Assembly: GCF_018350175.1 (NCBI RefSeq)
Contig: NC_058382.1
Span: 55,182,001 to 55,246,000, forward strand
Direction: 5' to 3'
Length of the DNA stretch: 64,000 nt
From: Felis catus
Lineage: Eukaryota
Of the stretch, positions 11,041 to 22,770 are shown in pieces. The notes under the pieces are model-generated. The model did no database searches and was not told the origin of the DNA. It saw nothing but the letters and a program-made list of their open reading frames with translations. Within the stretch, counting starts at the first letter, position 1. Each line of letters begins with the position of its first letter. The position numbers and the translations under genes were made by a program.

Positions 11041-12770
11041 CATTCTTCGTCGTCATCTCGAGGGGCACCGTCCACTCCTGCATGCAGGGCACTGGAGTGG
11101 TTTTGAACTCCCTTTATCAACTGTGTTTCATGTGACTACAGCACCAGTAAACGCTGTTGGTAAAAGACAAGTGCTCACGGTGTACCTGCTCTTCGTGAAG
11201 ACGTCAGACGTGTGTGCAGAATATCAGAGGATACGTGGTGATTCTGTGACTTAACACACTTATCGAGGACCCCCGACATGTCAGGCTCAGGCCGCGATGT
11301 GCAAAATCCAGACACGCTCCCTGTTGTCATAGAGCGTCTGGTCTGGTTTCTTATTACTGGGGGGGAGGGGGAGGGGTTAAGTGAACCGCTGGGGTTGAGG
11401 TCAAGAACTCAAAGGAGAAGTCCTGAGTCTGGGAGGGAGGGTGCAAGATAGAGGGACCTGGCTGTCATCTCCCTGTTGCTTCCGACCACGTGACCTGGGC
11501 TCAGTCACTTCCTCTTTGTGGCCTGGGTTCTGATCTGTGAAGTGTGGAGACTAGTACTGACTTCATAGGGTTGCTGTGAGAATTCAGTGAGCTGGTGTGT
11601 GAGCTCTCACAATTGTTCAGGTCACTTCCACCCTCTGTGTCGCCTTTGGTTTCCTCCTTGGTGAGGGCGTTTCTGGCTTGGATTGTCGACGGCTCCAGTC
11701 AGCCCCTCCCGTCTCCGCATCAGGTGTATTGTGCCATCGTGCCCCACGCCATGGCCGGCCCGTCTGGGTACTGCAGACTTGTCTGAGGGGGCGAACATCG
11801 TTCTTCCCCTGCCTGGGGTCAGGGATACCCTTTGGCTGCAGTGAAACAGAGCTCTGGGGGCCTCTGCTTCGGGAACCATGTGTCTGGAGAGGGCTGTGTT
11901 TCTGGAGGCCCCCAGGGCCTGGGCGACCGCCAAGCCGGAGCCGTTCATCCGGGCACAGCCTTCGTCACACGTGGCAGGCCTGGTTGGCACTCCCAGGCAG
12001 TGGGGGATGGTTGGAGTAGCTTCTGTGACGCGCCCCTTGTGAACTTCCAGGGAAGACGAGGGGTGCCTAGCCCATCACCCTGATGTCAGGGAGGAGGGTG
12101 GAAGGCATGGGGGCTGGTGTTTAGATGGAACATGAATGGGGAAGGTTTGCTTCCTCTTCCATAAATCAGCGGGAAGTCCTAGTTTTTTTTAAGGTTTTGG
12201 TGGGGGACTCTTGAAAGGAAAAGGAAAAACTAATACTAGTTAGGGGCATTCCCAGTAGCATCATTTCATTTCATTTTCCCAGCCTCCCCTCCCCTACCAT
12301 TACAGTGGGTTATAATGTACCTCCTGATTGACAGTTGAGGAAGCCAAGTCTCAGAAAGGCCCAGTGAGTCGCCCAAGGCCACACAGCCAGCGAGGGTCAG
12401 AGTTGGGGTCCAAAACTTGGTCTGCCGGCCGCTAGGATTTGCTGGGGTATGACAAAGCTTGGGTATGTGACATTAATCCCCTGTGGGGCTGAAGGCTGCT
12501 TTGAGGGGGTGCATGGGCTGGGGGGAGGCTGCTCTGTGTCCCTTCCAGAGCCAGATGACAAGGCAGAGTTGGCAGGAGGACTCATGAGTCCCCTTTACAG
12601 ACAGGCTCAGAGGAGCTAACGGTTGGGCCCAAGCACCCAGGAAGCCTGAGGCCCAGCCAGGTGCATCTCCTGACTCCTTGTCCATTGCTCTTCTACCCTT
12701 CCTTGGGGGACACAGTCACCTGACAGTCACCTGGGCCACCTCAGGAAGGCTGGACTGTGTCCCATTGTAG

Positions 12771-13613
12771 TTTTTTATTTATTATAAAGTTTTAATGTTT
12801 GTTTGTTTTTGAGACCGAGAGAGAGAGAGTGAGTGAAGGAGGAGCAGAGAGAGAGAGGGAGACACAGAATCCCAAGCAGGCCTCAAGCTCTGAGATGTCA
12901 ACACAGTGCCTGATGCGGGGCTCAAACCCATGAACCATGAGATCATGATCTGAGCCGGTCGGATGCCCTGCTATTTTAGTTTTTGAAAATTACATGGGCT
13001 ACAGTCTTTTCTTCCCTCCCCCTCCCCCTTCTCTTTTCGGGAGAGAGAGAGAGTGTGTGTGTGTGTGTGCGCACGTGTGCGTGCGTGCAAGTGGGGGAAA
13101 GGGGCGGAGGGAGAGAGAATCTTAAACAGGCTCTAAGCTCAGCATGGAGCCAAATCCCATGACCCTGGGATCATGACCTGAGCTGAAATCAAGAGTTGGA
13201 CACTCAACCAACTGAGTCAGCCAGGTACCTCGGGCTGTGGTTTTATTTTGCAGTACAAGAGGAATACACGTTCATTGTCGAAACTTTGGAAAAATACAGA
13301 AAAACACAGATAAAAGAAAAATCTCTCCCATGGCCTACCATCCAGGGATCACTGGAACCAAAATGGAATTTGATTGCTTTTCTATAAATATGTTCAATTT
13401 CAGGGCACCTGGGTGGCTCAGTCGGTAAAGCGTCTGATTTCAGCTCAGGTCATGATCTTGCGGTTTGTGAGTTCGAGCTCCGCATCGGGCTGTGTGCTGA
13501 CAGCTCAGAGCCTGGAGCCTGCTTCGGATTCTGTGTCTCCCTCTCTGTCTGCCCCCACCCGCTTACGCTCTCTCTCTCTCTCTCTCTCTCAAAAGTAAAT
13601 AAACATAAAAAAT
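12771..13613. mobile_element. Can-SINE cluster: 12771-12968 (-), 13035-13230 (-), 13403-13613 (+)
   Basis: Typical SINEC head/body motifs (gagatcatgacctgagc; gggcacctgggtggctcagtcgg). Confidence 0.9.
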
Positions 13614-13689
13614 ATACGTATATATGATATTGAATTTCATCTTTGAGGGTTTTGATCTTCTGGGAGCTGGAGGACGTACCTGGTATTTT

Positions 13690-14090
13690 TTTTTTAAACT
13701 TTAAATGACCTTTATCGAGGTATAATTTACATACAATGGTACGCACGCATTTTAAATATGAAGTCGAGTACACTTTGATGCATACATACCCATCATCCTG
13801 ATCAAGACAACACGTCCATCAACCCAGAAATTCCGTCCTGTCCCAGTTAGTACCCTCTCCCCAGGCATCCCCTGACCTGCTTGCTACAACTCTCAGCTTA
13901 TTCTTCTGTTCTACAATTTCACATCCGTGAATGACATGGTATGTGTTTTTGTGTGTTTGGCTTCTTGGGCTCAGCATAACCTTCTTGGGGCTCATAGTGC
14001 TGTTGGGGCTATGGGTGGTCCCTTCTTTTCTGGCGTGGAGTGGTGGTCATTTGTAGCCCTCCATTTTACCCTAGTCTCCTAATGGGTGAC
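13690..14090 (-). mobile_element. Old L1 3' fragment
   Basis: tttatcgaggtataatttacatacaat...atcaagac...tggcttcttgggctcagcataa motifs. Confidence 0.7.
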
Positions 14091-14834
14091 CCGGGGCACC
14101 TCAGTTTCCCCTTCTGTCAAACGGGGGGAACTTGTACCCACATTATTGGATGGTTAGGATTCAGTGAACTTAGAAGAATTCCTGGCACACAGCAGGTGCT
14201 TCGTAAAACGGTGGTGGTTGTTGCTGGTAACAACAATGGTTTCGGTTGTCTGTTTCTGTGTGACAGACGGCATCCAAAACGTAGTGGCGGATATGGGAGT
14301 TTCCAGTTTGGGCCCTTGCAAATAACGTGGATGAGTGAACAAGAGGGTCAAAAAGGACAGCCTTCGTGGCTTCTGCCTTCGTCGTGGGCTCGGGTACCGT
14401 GCGTCTTGGCGACCGGCTAACGGGCAGCCGTTGCGGAGATGGGCAGGTTTGGTTTTGAGGTGGGTCCTCGGGCTCTGATCTGCTCAGCCCTGTGTCCTGC
14501 TCTGAGTCTGGCTCTAGTCTTTCTGGGTAGACGTACCCGTTGCCTCATTTGAGCCTCAGGAAGTGGCCTCTGTAGAAAAAAAAAAAAAAAAACCTGAGCA
14601 GCGGGTAGTGAGCCGTCGGCCAAGTGAGCAGATCACTGGAGCACACGGCTCCAAAATAGACCTTTCTCTGCTCAGGCCCCAGGCCAGTGGGGGCTGCGGC
14701 AAATGCTTTGCATACTTTCTTACCCAGAAGGAAAGGTTTTATTGTGAACAACTTTTTGAGATCAAAAGAAAAAAATACCTCCAGAAGATCCAAGTTGGTT
14801 TTTTAGTTTAGTTTAGGTTTGTTTATTTGTTATT

Positions 14835-14865
<31 letters not shown>

Positions 14866-15239
14866 CAGAGCAGCACAATGAGAGCTAGACCAGCCTGAGT
14901 TCAAATCCCAGATCTTGCATGTGCAGGCTGTGTGCTCTCGGGCAAGTTCCTTAAGCTCTCTGAGCCACAGTTTTCCCCCGTGTTAACCGGCAAAGATGAG
15001 CTCAGTGTGTATGCAAAGTACCTTGTACTGCATTGGAAACATGGTAGGGAAGCTGCAAATAGGGATTGTCTTCTTTTTGTCTTCTTCTTCTTCTCTTTCC
15101 TTGTCCCAGAACTTGTGCCTGTTTCCATTAGGTAGACTTGTGGGGACGGATAAGCTTTGGCTTTCCTCGGAAGGTGTTTCCAAAACCATCTTTGAGATAA
15201 TCCACTCCTGCCTGCGGGTCCCTGGAGAGGCGTATATGG

Positions 15240-15640
15240 TAGGCGTGAAGCATGGCCCCAAAGATGTCCACGTCCTAATCCCTGGAACCTGAAGATGTGT
15301 TACCTGATTGGCAAAAGGACTCTGCACATGTGATTAAGTTGAGGGTGGAGAGATCATCCTGGATGGTCCAGGCAGGCCTGGTGTCCTCCCAGGGCTCTTA
15401 ACAGGAAAGAGGCAGGAGGGCCAGAGGAAACAGCAGTGGTAGAGGAAGGGCCACGAGCCAAGGAGTGCAGCCAGCCAGGCTGCTCACGGACGGGTGGAAC
15501 CAGTCTCTTCCCTCGAGCCTCCAGGAGGGGCCAACCCTGCTCACATCTTGGTTTTAGCCCCGCGTGACTGTGGCCTTGGAACTGGAAGAGAGTAAGCCAG
15601 TAAGCTTGTGGCAATTTGTTACAGCCCCCGAAGGAAGCCT
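15240..15640 (+). mobile_element. MaLR MLT1 LTR
   Basis: atggccccaaagatgtccacgtcctaatccctggaacctg...tgtgattaagttgagg...tgtggcaatttgttacagc. Confidence 0.85.
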
Positions 15641-16356
15641 GGCATGCTAGGCTTTTGTTACTGTGGTTCATGATAGGACCTCTGTTCACGTGTAGGTTTT
15701 TGATCCTCTGACTCAGACAGACGTTTGATTGGAGTTAGGGACGTGGGGCATTCGGGCCGCTCTGGGGCCAGGCCTTGGAGCTCGGGTCTGTGTGGGCAGG
15801 TGGCCGTGAGCCCCTGTGTCTGGGGTGGCTGCTGCAGAGGCGTCCTCTGTCTTCCCCCGCGGAGGCTGGAGGGTGTGTGAGCCGCCTCCAGGCTGGCGTC
15901 CGGGCGTAGCACAGCCACAGCGCTGTGCTGCCCCTGCTTTCTCTGAGGCACGCGCTTCCTTGCCTGCTGTGGGTTTGTATTTAAGGTTTGCAAACGATTG
16001 CTTTAGTGTGGTTCGGCACCAAGCAAGCCCCGGAGCTGTGAGGGTCAGAGACCACGGCCAGCCTCCTCAGGGGAGCAAACCTGGGCTCAGCTCCCTGACC
16101 CTCTGCTGGGATCCTGTTTGGATCAGTCTGGGGCCCTCCTCCCTGTTCCTCCTGTGCTGCGTTTGTGAGGCGATGGGGCGTGTCGGAGGTTGGGCATCCA
16201 AATCCAGGAATACCTGTTAAAATGAAGAAACCACTCCCATGCTGAGAAAGGGCAACCTGTCCCCTGGCTGGGATCATCGTGTGGGTTCCCATTGTGTGAC
16301 CTCTGCTCCTGCTGTCTTTCCCCATGACCTCCCCTTTCACTGGACGCTGACTCCCT

Positions 16357-16832
16357 CTGTAGGCAGAATACCATGGCCGCCAAAGGTGTCCCTGTCCTAG
16401 TGCCCGGAGCCTGTGAATGTGTGAGTTCACACGGCAGATGTGACTGAGTTAAGGAGCCACAGGTGGGAGATGATCCTGGGTGTTGGGCTTGGGCCCCACG
16501 TCCTCTCACAGCGGTTTTTAAACCTGGAAGAGGGAGGCAGAATGTCAGGGTCAGAGATGGAACGATTCTGGCCCTAAAGATCGAGGAGGGGCCACCGCCA
16601 CGAGATGCAGGCGGCCTCTTGAAAGCTGGAAAAGGCAAGGAAACAGATTCTCCCCGGAGCCTCCGGAAGGAGCACAGCGATGTTAGTCTATGGTGTTATG
16701 TTATGTTAGTCTACACAGTTATGTTAGTCTGCACCCATTTTGGAAGGCCGATCTGCAGGGCTGGAAGGCAGGACGTTTGTGTTGTCTTAAGCCAGTACAT
16801 TGCCGGACGTCTGTTACAGCAGTCCCGGGAAA
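16357..16832 (+). mobile_element. MaLR MLT1D-like LTR
   Basis: tgtaggcagaata..atggccgccaaaggtgtcc...gaaagctggaaaaggcaaggaaacagattctcccc...ttaagcca...tgttacagcag. Confidence 0.85.
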
Positions 16833-17241
16833 CGAATCCCCCCCAAATGTGGGTCTCCATTGAGGTGCCTTTCCTTCGTCTGCTGGGTGAATTCTTATCG
16901 AGCCCCGACCATGTGCCGGACATTCTGCTGGTGTCGCGGTCCCCGAGTTGAGTGAAGTGAGGCCCTGGCCGTCAGGGTTCTCTGTGGAAGTGGGCAGAGA
17001 GGGAGACAAGGGGAAGATCCTAGCACGGTGCATGCAGGGTGCTTTGGGATCGTAGGGAAGGGCGTGGGATTCAGACCGGGGCCACAGCGGGGTTCTCAGA
17101 AAAAGTCATGGAACGAGACGAACGTTGAGCTTGGAGAAGGGGCTCCAGAAGTGTCCAGCCATCTCCAGGTTCTGTCTCCTTGGGCATCTAGTGAGTCCTT
17201 CACACTCAACCTGTCTAAAACGAAATGTTGGAAAGTGTTGC

Positions 17242-17272
<31 letters not shown>

Positions 17273-17286
17273 GGCCTTCCCCTTCA

Positions 17287-17396
17287 TTTTTCTTTAGGAT
17301 TTTATTTTTAAGTCATCTCTTCATCCAACAGGGGATCAAAGTCATAAGCCCACGATCGAGTCACATGCTGCACTGACTGAGCCAGCCAGGTGCCCC
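17287..17396 (-). mobile_element. Short Can-SINE (older subfamily)
   Basis: ctgactgagccagccaggtgcccc end; flanked by aaggcctt(c/g)ccc repeats. Confidence 0.75.
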
Positions 17397-18492
17397 AAGG
17401 CCTTGCCCACTAAAACCTGCACCATTTTCCCCACCATGGTGAGAGGCACACTATCCCCCACTCAGCTACCTGCCCCAGAGTCCTCCTGCCCCCTCTCTGT
17501 TTCACCTCTGGGGTCTGTGGGTTTCATCCCTTTTTGGAGACCTGTTTTCCCCCTGCCAGGGGCAGAGGTCTAGAATCCCAGCTCACACATAGAGGGGACA
17601 GATAAAGGTGTCAGTACAATCTGTGTGTTCATACAGGTAGCAGGGGCCAGTAAGCGTCATGGCCAAAGGGTGCACCCCAAAGACAGACTTGATAGGTTCA
17701 TATCCCTGCTTTGCACCTGCTAGTGTGACCTTGAAGTCAAGTCTTCATCTTGCATACCTCTGTCTCACTGATGGAAAGGGAACAACGGTAAGACCTATCC
17801 CATAGAGATGCTTCAGAATTAAATGTTAATTTATAAAAAAGCACTTAGGATAACAGGCTCAGTAAATGGTGGTGGTGGTGGATGGAGAAGCCACTTACTA
17901 ACTGTGCCCTCTGAGTGGTCTTGTTAACCTCTGTCCTTGGTTATAAATCCTTCTATGCCCATGTTCCAGAGTAAGAAATGGAATCCCAAAAAGGAGCGTG
18001 ACTTTCCTGAAGCCACTTGGCTGGAAGAGCTTTGCCATGATTTTTCCAGTACATCTTTCAAGGCAGCCTGAGACCATTTTGAGCAACTCTTGGGTTGTTG
18101 GGTTTTTTTTTTTTTTTTTTTTTTTTGGAAATTTCTTTCCATATCCCTTTGGGAGTCTTGGATTTTACTGCTGGAGTCTGCAGACAACCCATGTGATAAC
18201 TGAAGCCAGGACACTTGGCCCAGAACTTGTCTCTGCACTCAGCCTCCTTAGTTCCCATGAGGAATTGCCTCGTGCTCCATGGGTTTTCTGTCACTGTGCT
18301 TGTGGGGCGTAAGGATGCACTTCCTTGCTGACCTTATGCTGAAATGAAGACTCACCAGTGTTTTTCACGGTGTGCAAGGGAAGGCGCCTGGTCAATTACT
18401 GTCTGCTATGTCAATTGACATTTAGAGCACCGACTGCTTCTGCATAGCTGCAATTAAGTTTTCAGACCCGAGAATAGAATCTTCCATTTATT

Positions 18493-18687
18493 GGAACGCC
18501 TGGGTGGCTCAGTTGGTTAAGCGTCCAACTCTTGCTTTCTGCTCAGGTCAGGATCTCACGGTTCTGCACTGACCGTGCAGAGTCTGCTTGGGATTCTCTC
18601 TCTCCCTCTCTCTCTTTGCCCCTCCCCTGCATGCTCCTGTGCTCATTCCCTCTCTCAAAAGAAATTTTAAAAAACTTAAAAAAAAAC
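18493..18687 (+). mobile_element. Can-SINE
   Basis: ggaacgcctgggtggctcagttggttaagcg head; TSD cttccatttattg. Confidence 0.92.
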
Positions 18688-19447
18688 TTCCATTTATTGC
18701 TTTAAAAATCCAACCTCTTCTGTTCCAGACGAGGGATCAGAAACTCCATTACTGTGGGATACAAGGCTCAATGACCCAAATAAGTGGAAAGACAGGGTCT
18801 CAGAAAACATACAGGCTGTAGGATGGGTGAGACGCCAGGATGGGTGGGAACTGTGTTCAGTGGGGGGCCCACGCATGCCTGGTAAAGGGTGGGTAAATCG
18901 TACCCCACTCTACAGGCCCAGGGTCAGCAGATGTGAGACTGAAAACATAGGTTGTTCCTGTAAAGTTTCATTGTTATTAAAGACTGACTCAGTTGAACAA
19001 ATAAACAACATGATCTTGACCTGACAACACAAATTTGCTGCCAGATGCAGTTCCCCAGCCAATGGTTTCTAAAATCTGTGTGGACTGGGGAGGATTTTCA
19101 TGATTTTTATTGCTGAGTTGTCACGTGGTGCTTCCTCCTTTGTTTGTATGAGCCACAGTTGTGATCGGTGGGTCTTTGGGGTCTGGAGAGGATCCTGGGA
19201 AGATCTCCTGGGATGACCTCGTGCAGGTTCTAAAACTCACCTGGGACCCTGTTCCTTTGTGTAAGCTGGCTGTGCAGCACCGGCCTTCCAGAGTCTGCCG
19301 TGAAGGCGGATAGATGTGACGTTTCTCGTTGCCTGGGGATGGGTGTGTTATGTGGAAGGTTGCAATGAATGTGAAGTTCTTTCCTTTCAATTTGCATTCC
19401 TTCTCTTTGCCAAATCTTGGATTTAAGAAAAAAAGGAGGGGGGGCGT

Positions 19448-19916
19448 GGGGACGCCTGGGTGGCTCAGTCAGTTAAGCATATGACTTCGGCTCACATCAC
19501 GATCGTGCTTTTCATGGGTTTGAGTCCCTTGTCAGGCTCTGTGCTGACAGCTCAGAGCCTGGAGCCTGCTTCCAATTCTGTGTCTCCCTCTTTCTCTGCC
19601 CCTCCCCCACTTGCACGCGCTCGCTTGCTCTCTCTCTCAAAAATAAATAACTTTTTTTAAAAATTAGAAAAAGAACATTTTGGGGCACCTGAGCAGCTCA
19701 GTCAGTTGAGCATCCGACTTCAGCTCAGTTCATGATGTCAGGGTACAGGGGTTTGAGCCCCGCGTCAGGCTCTGTGCTGACAGCTCGGAGCCTGGAGCCT
19801 GCTTCAGATTCTATGTCTCCCTCTCTGTCTGATGCCTCTCCCACCAAAGCTCACTCGCTTGCTCTCTATCTCTCTCAAAACTAAAAAATAAACATTAAAA
19901 AAATTAAAAAAAAAAA
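19448..19916 (+). mobile_element. Two tandem sense Can-SINEs (19448-19670, 19682-19916)
   Basis: Two full heads, (CT)n bodies and A-tails. Confidence 0.93.
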
Positions 19917-20796
19917 GGAACTGAGAAGGGCCAGGGTCTATGGGTTCATCACTAGAGGCCTCCTGCCACCTAGCCCACAGTTTTGGTTTCTTATTTGTTT
20001 GTGTTGGTTCTGTTCACACTTGGCTTGAGTCTGGAGATGCACCAGGGCAGTGTGGCATATGTAGAGGGAAGAGTAAGTGCTGCAAGAGAATGGGTTCTGA
20101 ATCATGGCAAGTGCCAAGGTCCTATGGCCAGAGCACATTTGCTGTGTTTGGGGTGGGGGGGAAGGCAGGGAGGATGTTGGGAGCAGAGTGGCTGGAGATG
20201 AGGTCCATGAGCTGTGGGCATGTGGCCACTATAGAGACTGTGCTGTATGGATTATTTTGTGTTTTCCAGCTACTTTTTTGAAGTGACAGGTTTTTCAGTA
20301 TAATGAATAATTATAAGATGAACTACCATGTAACTTTCACTCAAATCTAGAAGCCCCATGTTTGTCTTCCCAATCATCCTTCTCTCTTCAGGGGGCTTCT
20401 TTGCTTTTCTTTATGGTTTGACCATCTCTGCAGCATTTTGCTGTTGTCACTTGAATAATTGTTCAGGAAATTTCTTTCAATTCACCTGACGCAAATAGTC
20501 TAATATGCCCTCTTGACTGATTTCGTAATAACCCACATTGTGTGGCTGAACCACAATTCAGCTGTTGTATCTTCACTATGTTTCCAGGTTTTTTGTTTCT
20601 TGATTTTTGTTTGTTTTTTGGTTTTTTTTTTTTTTTGGTCACTGTAAACAGACAAATGGGCCTCGTTCTTGCCCTTTTGTTAATAAATAATACCTGTTTA
20701 ACAAATTCAAGCAATATGAGAATTGGAAAAATGTTTTTTCCTTCCTTCCCCCAAATCCTGGAGGTAACCGATATTAACCAGGAATGTATTATTTAA

Positions 20797-22301
20797 ATGT
20801 TTTGTTTTAAAGTAATCTCCACACCCAGCGTGGGGCTCGAACCCACCACCCTGAGATCAAGAGTTGCTTGCCTCATCGCCTGAGCCAGACAGGAGCCCCA
20901 ACCCTTAGTGTACTTTCAAAACATCTTTCCTATGTGTCTATCCACCTGTGTACATGCACACTTAGGTACCTCATGTATGGTTTTTTTTTTTTTTTAATTT
21001 TTTTTTTCAACGTTTATTTATTTTTGGGACAGAGACAGAGCATGAACGGGGGAGGGGCAGAGAGAGAGGGAGACACAGAATCGGAAACAGGCCCCAGGCT
21101 CTGAGCCATCAGCCCAGAGCCCGACGCGGGGCTCGAACTCACAGACCACGAGATCGTGACCTGGCTGAAGTCGGATGCTTAACCGACTGCGCCACCCAGG
21201 CGCCCCAAGTATGGTTTTTTAAATACAAACAGGACCGCATGATGTGTATTCTGCAGCTTGCCTTTTCCCCTCTGGGCAGCCGCCTTGTACGGACACACAG
21301 GTCTGCTACATTCTTTCTCGATGGCTGAAGGGGGTTCCAGAGGGCGGCTGCCCGCCAGGCAGGATGGAAACCCCCTGTACCTCACTCTTTGTGCACCTGT
21401 GCTGATCTTTCTGCAAGATGGGCCTCTGGAAGAGGAGTTCCCGGGTGTGCACAGGGCACGTTTTAATACATGGTGTCCCGACATCCCGTGGTGAGGCTGT
21501 ATCTCAACAACTACAGCCTGGCTTCAGGGGGATCGCTGAATGAATTCTCTCATGAACATTGAATCTCTCAAATGTTTCCAGACCAGGAATTGACAGGGAA
21601 TTCTAGAATCCAGGTTTTAACGTTGGTGAGGGATGTGCTTCAGCTCTGCCTTTTTCTGCTTCTCTGGTATTCATCGATTTGTGAGTTTTTGTTTCTTTTG
21701 ACTATTTTAATAGGTGTTTGAGTTCTTTACTTTTAAAGGTTGTTTATTTTACGAGGGAAAGTGTGAGTCGGGGAGGGGCAAAGAGAGACGGGAGAGAGAA
21801 GGAATCCCAAGCAGGCTCTGAGCTGTCAGCACATAGCCCAGTGCGGGGTCAGAACCGACGAACAGCGAAATTATGACCTGAGCCAAAGTCAGACGCTTAA
21901 CCGACTGAGCCACCCAGGCGCCCCGGTGTTTGAATTTTTAAATTATGAAATATTTCAAACATACATAGCAGGGCATAGAAAATAATATAAATGCTGCCTA
22001 TGCACAGTGACCCAGTTCTAACCAGCTCAGCATTTTCTTCATCCTATTTTCTTGAGACCTTTAAAAAAATTTTTTTTAACATTCATTTTATTACTGAGAG
22101 ACAGAGACAGAGCATGAGCTGGGGGCGGGGGGGGGGCGGGGGGGGGGGCGCAGAGAGAGAGGAGGAGACACAGAATCCAAAGCAGGCTCCAGGCTCTGAG
22201 CCATCAGCACAGAGCCCCGTGTGGGGCTTGAACCCACTAACCGCGAGATCATGACCTGTGCCGAAGTCTGACGCTCAACCGACTGAGCCACCCAGGGGCC
22301 C
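20797..22301 (-). mobile_element. Four antisense Can-SINEs: 20797-20899, 20981-21207 (young, CpG-rich), 21731-21924, 22070-22301
   Basis: SINEC motifs; TSDs gtatggtttttt, ggtgtttga and tgagaccttt visible. Confidence 0.9.
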
Positions 22302-22499
22302 TGAGACCTTTTTAAATTAAACATCAGAGATACAGCTATAAAGCCTCTGTCATTTCTCCCAGAAATAACATTTTGTGAAGTGGTCGGGCACCCTTCTCTT
22401 TGATGTTTAACACTGTTCATATACTGGACTACCTGGAATCACGGTACCCCTGGTGGTTGGTTTGTGTCTTTTAAATAAATTGTTATCATTTGTATAAAT

Positions 22500-22770
22500 T
22501 TTTCCTGCTTTTTTTTTTCAAGATAAACTTTTAATTTTAGGATAATGTTGGATTTACAGAGAAGCTACAAGGCTAGCAGAGTTCCCACACACCTCTCTCC
22601 TTCCGCGTTCCCCTATCCTATGGTACTTGATGAATTTCTCTGAACCAGGAAATTAACGTTGATAACGCACCTGTCACCTGTAGACGTTATTTGGATTCTC
22701 CCAGTTGTTCCACGAGCGTTCTGTTCCTGTTCCAGAATCCATTCAGAATACCCCGTTGCCCTGAGGGGTT
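22500..22770 (-). mobile_element. Old L1 (L1MC-type) fragment
   Basis: taattttaggataatgttggatttacagagaagctacaa...ttctgttcctgttccagaatccattcag. Confidence 0.65.

Noticed and set aside
13403..13490. tRNA-like A/B-box sequences (here and in other SINE heads)
   Set aside because: These are the tRNA-derived heads of Can-SINEs, not tRNA genes.
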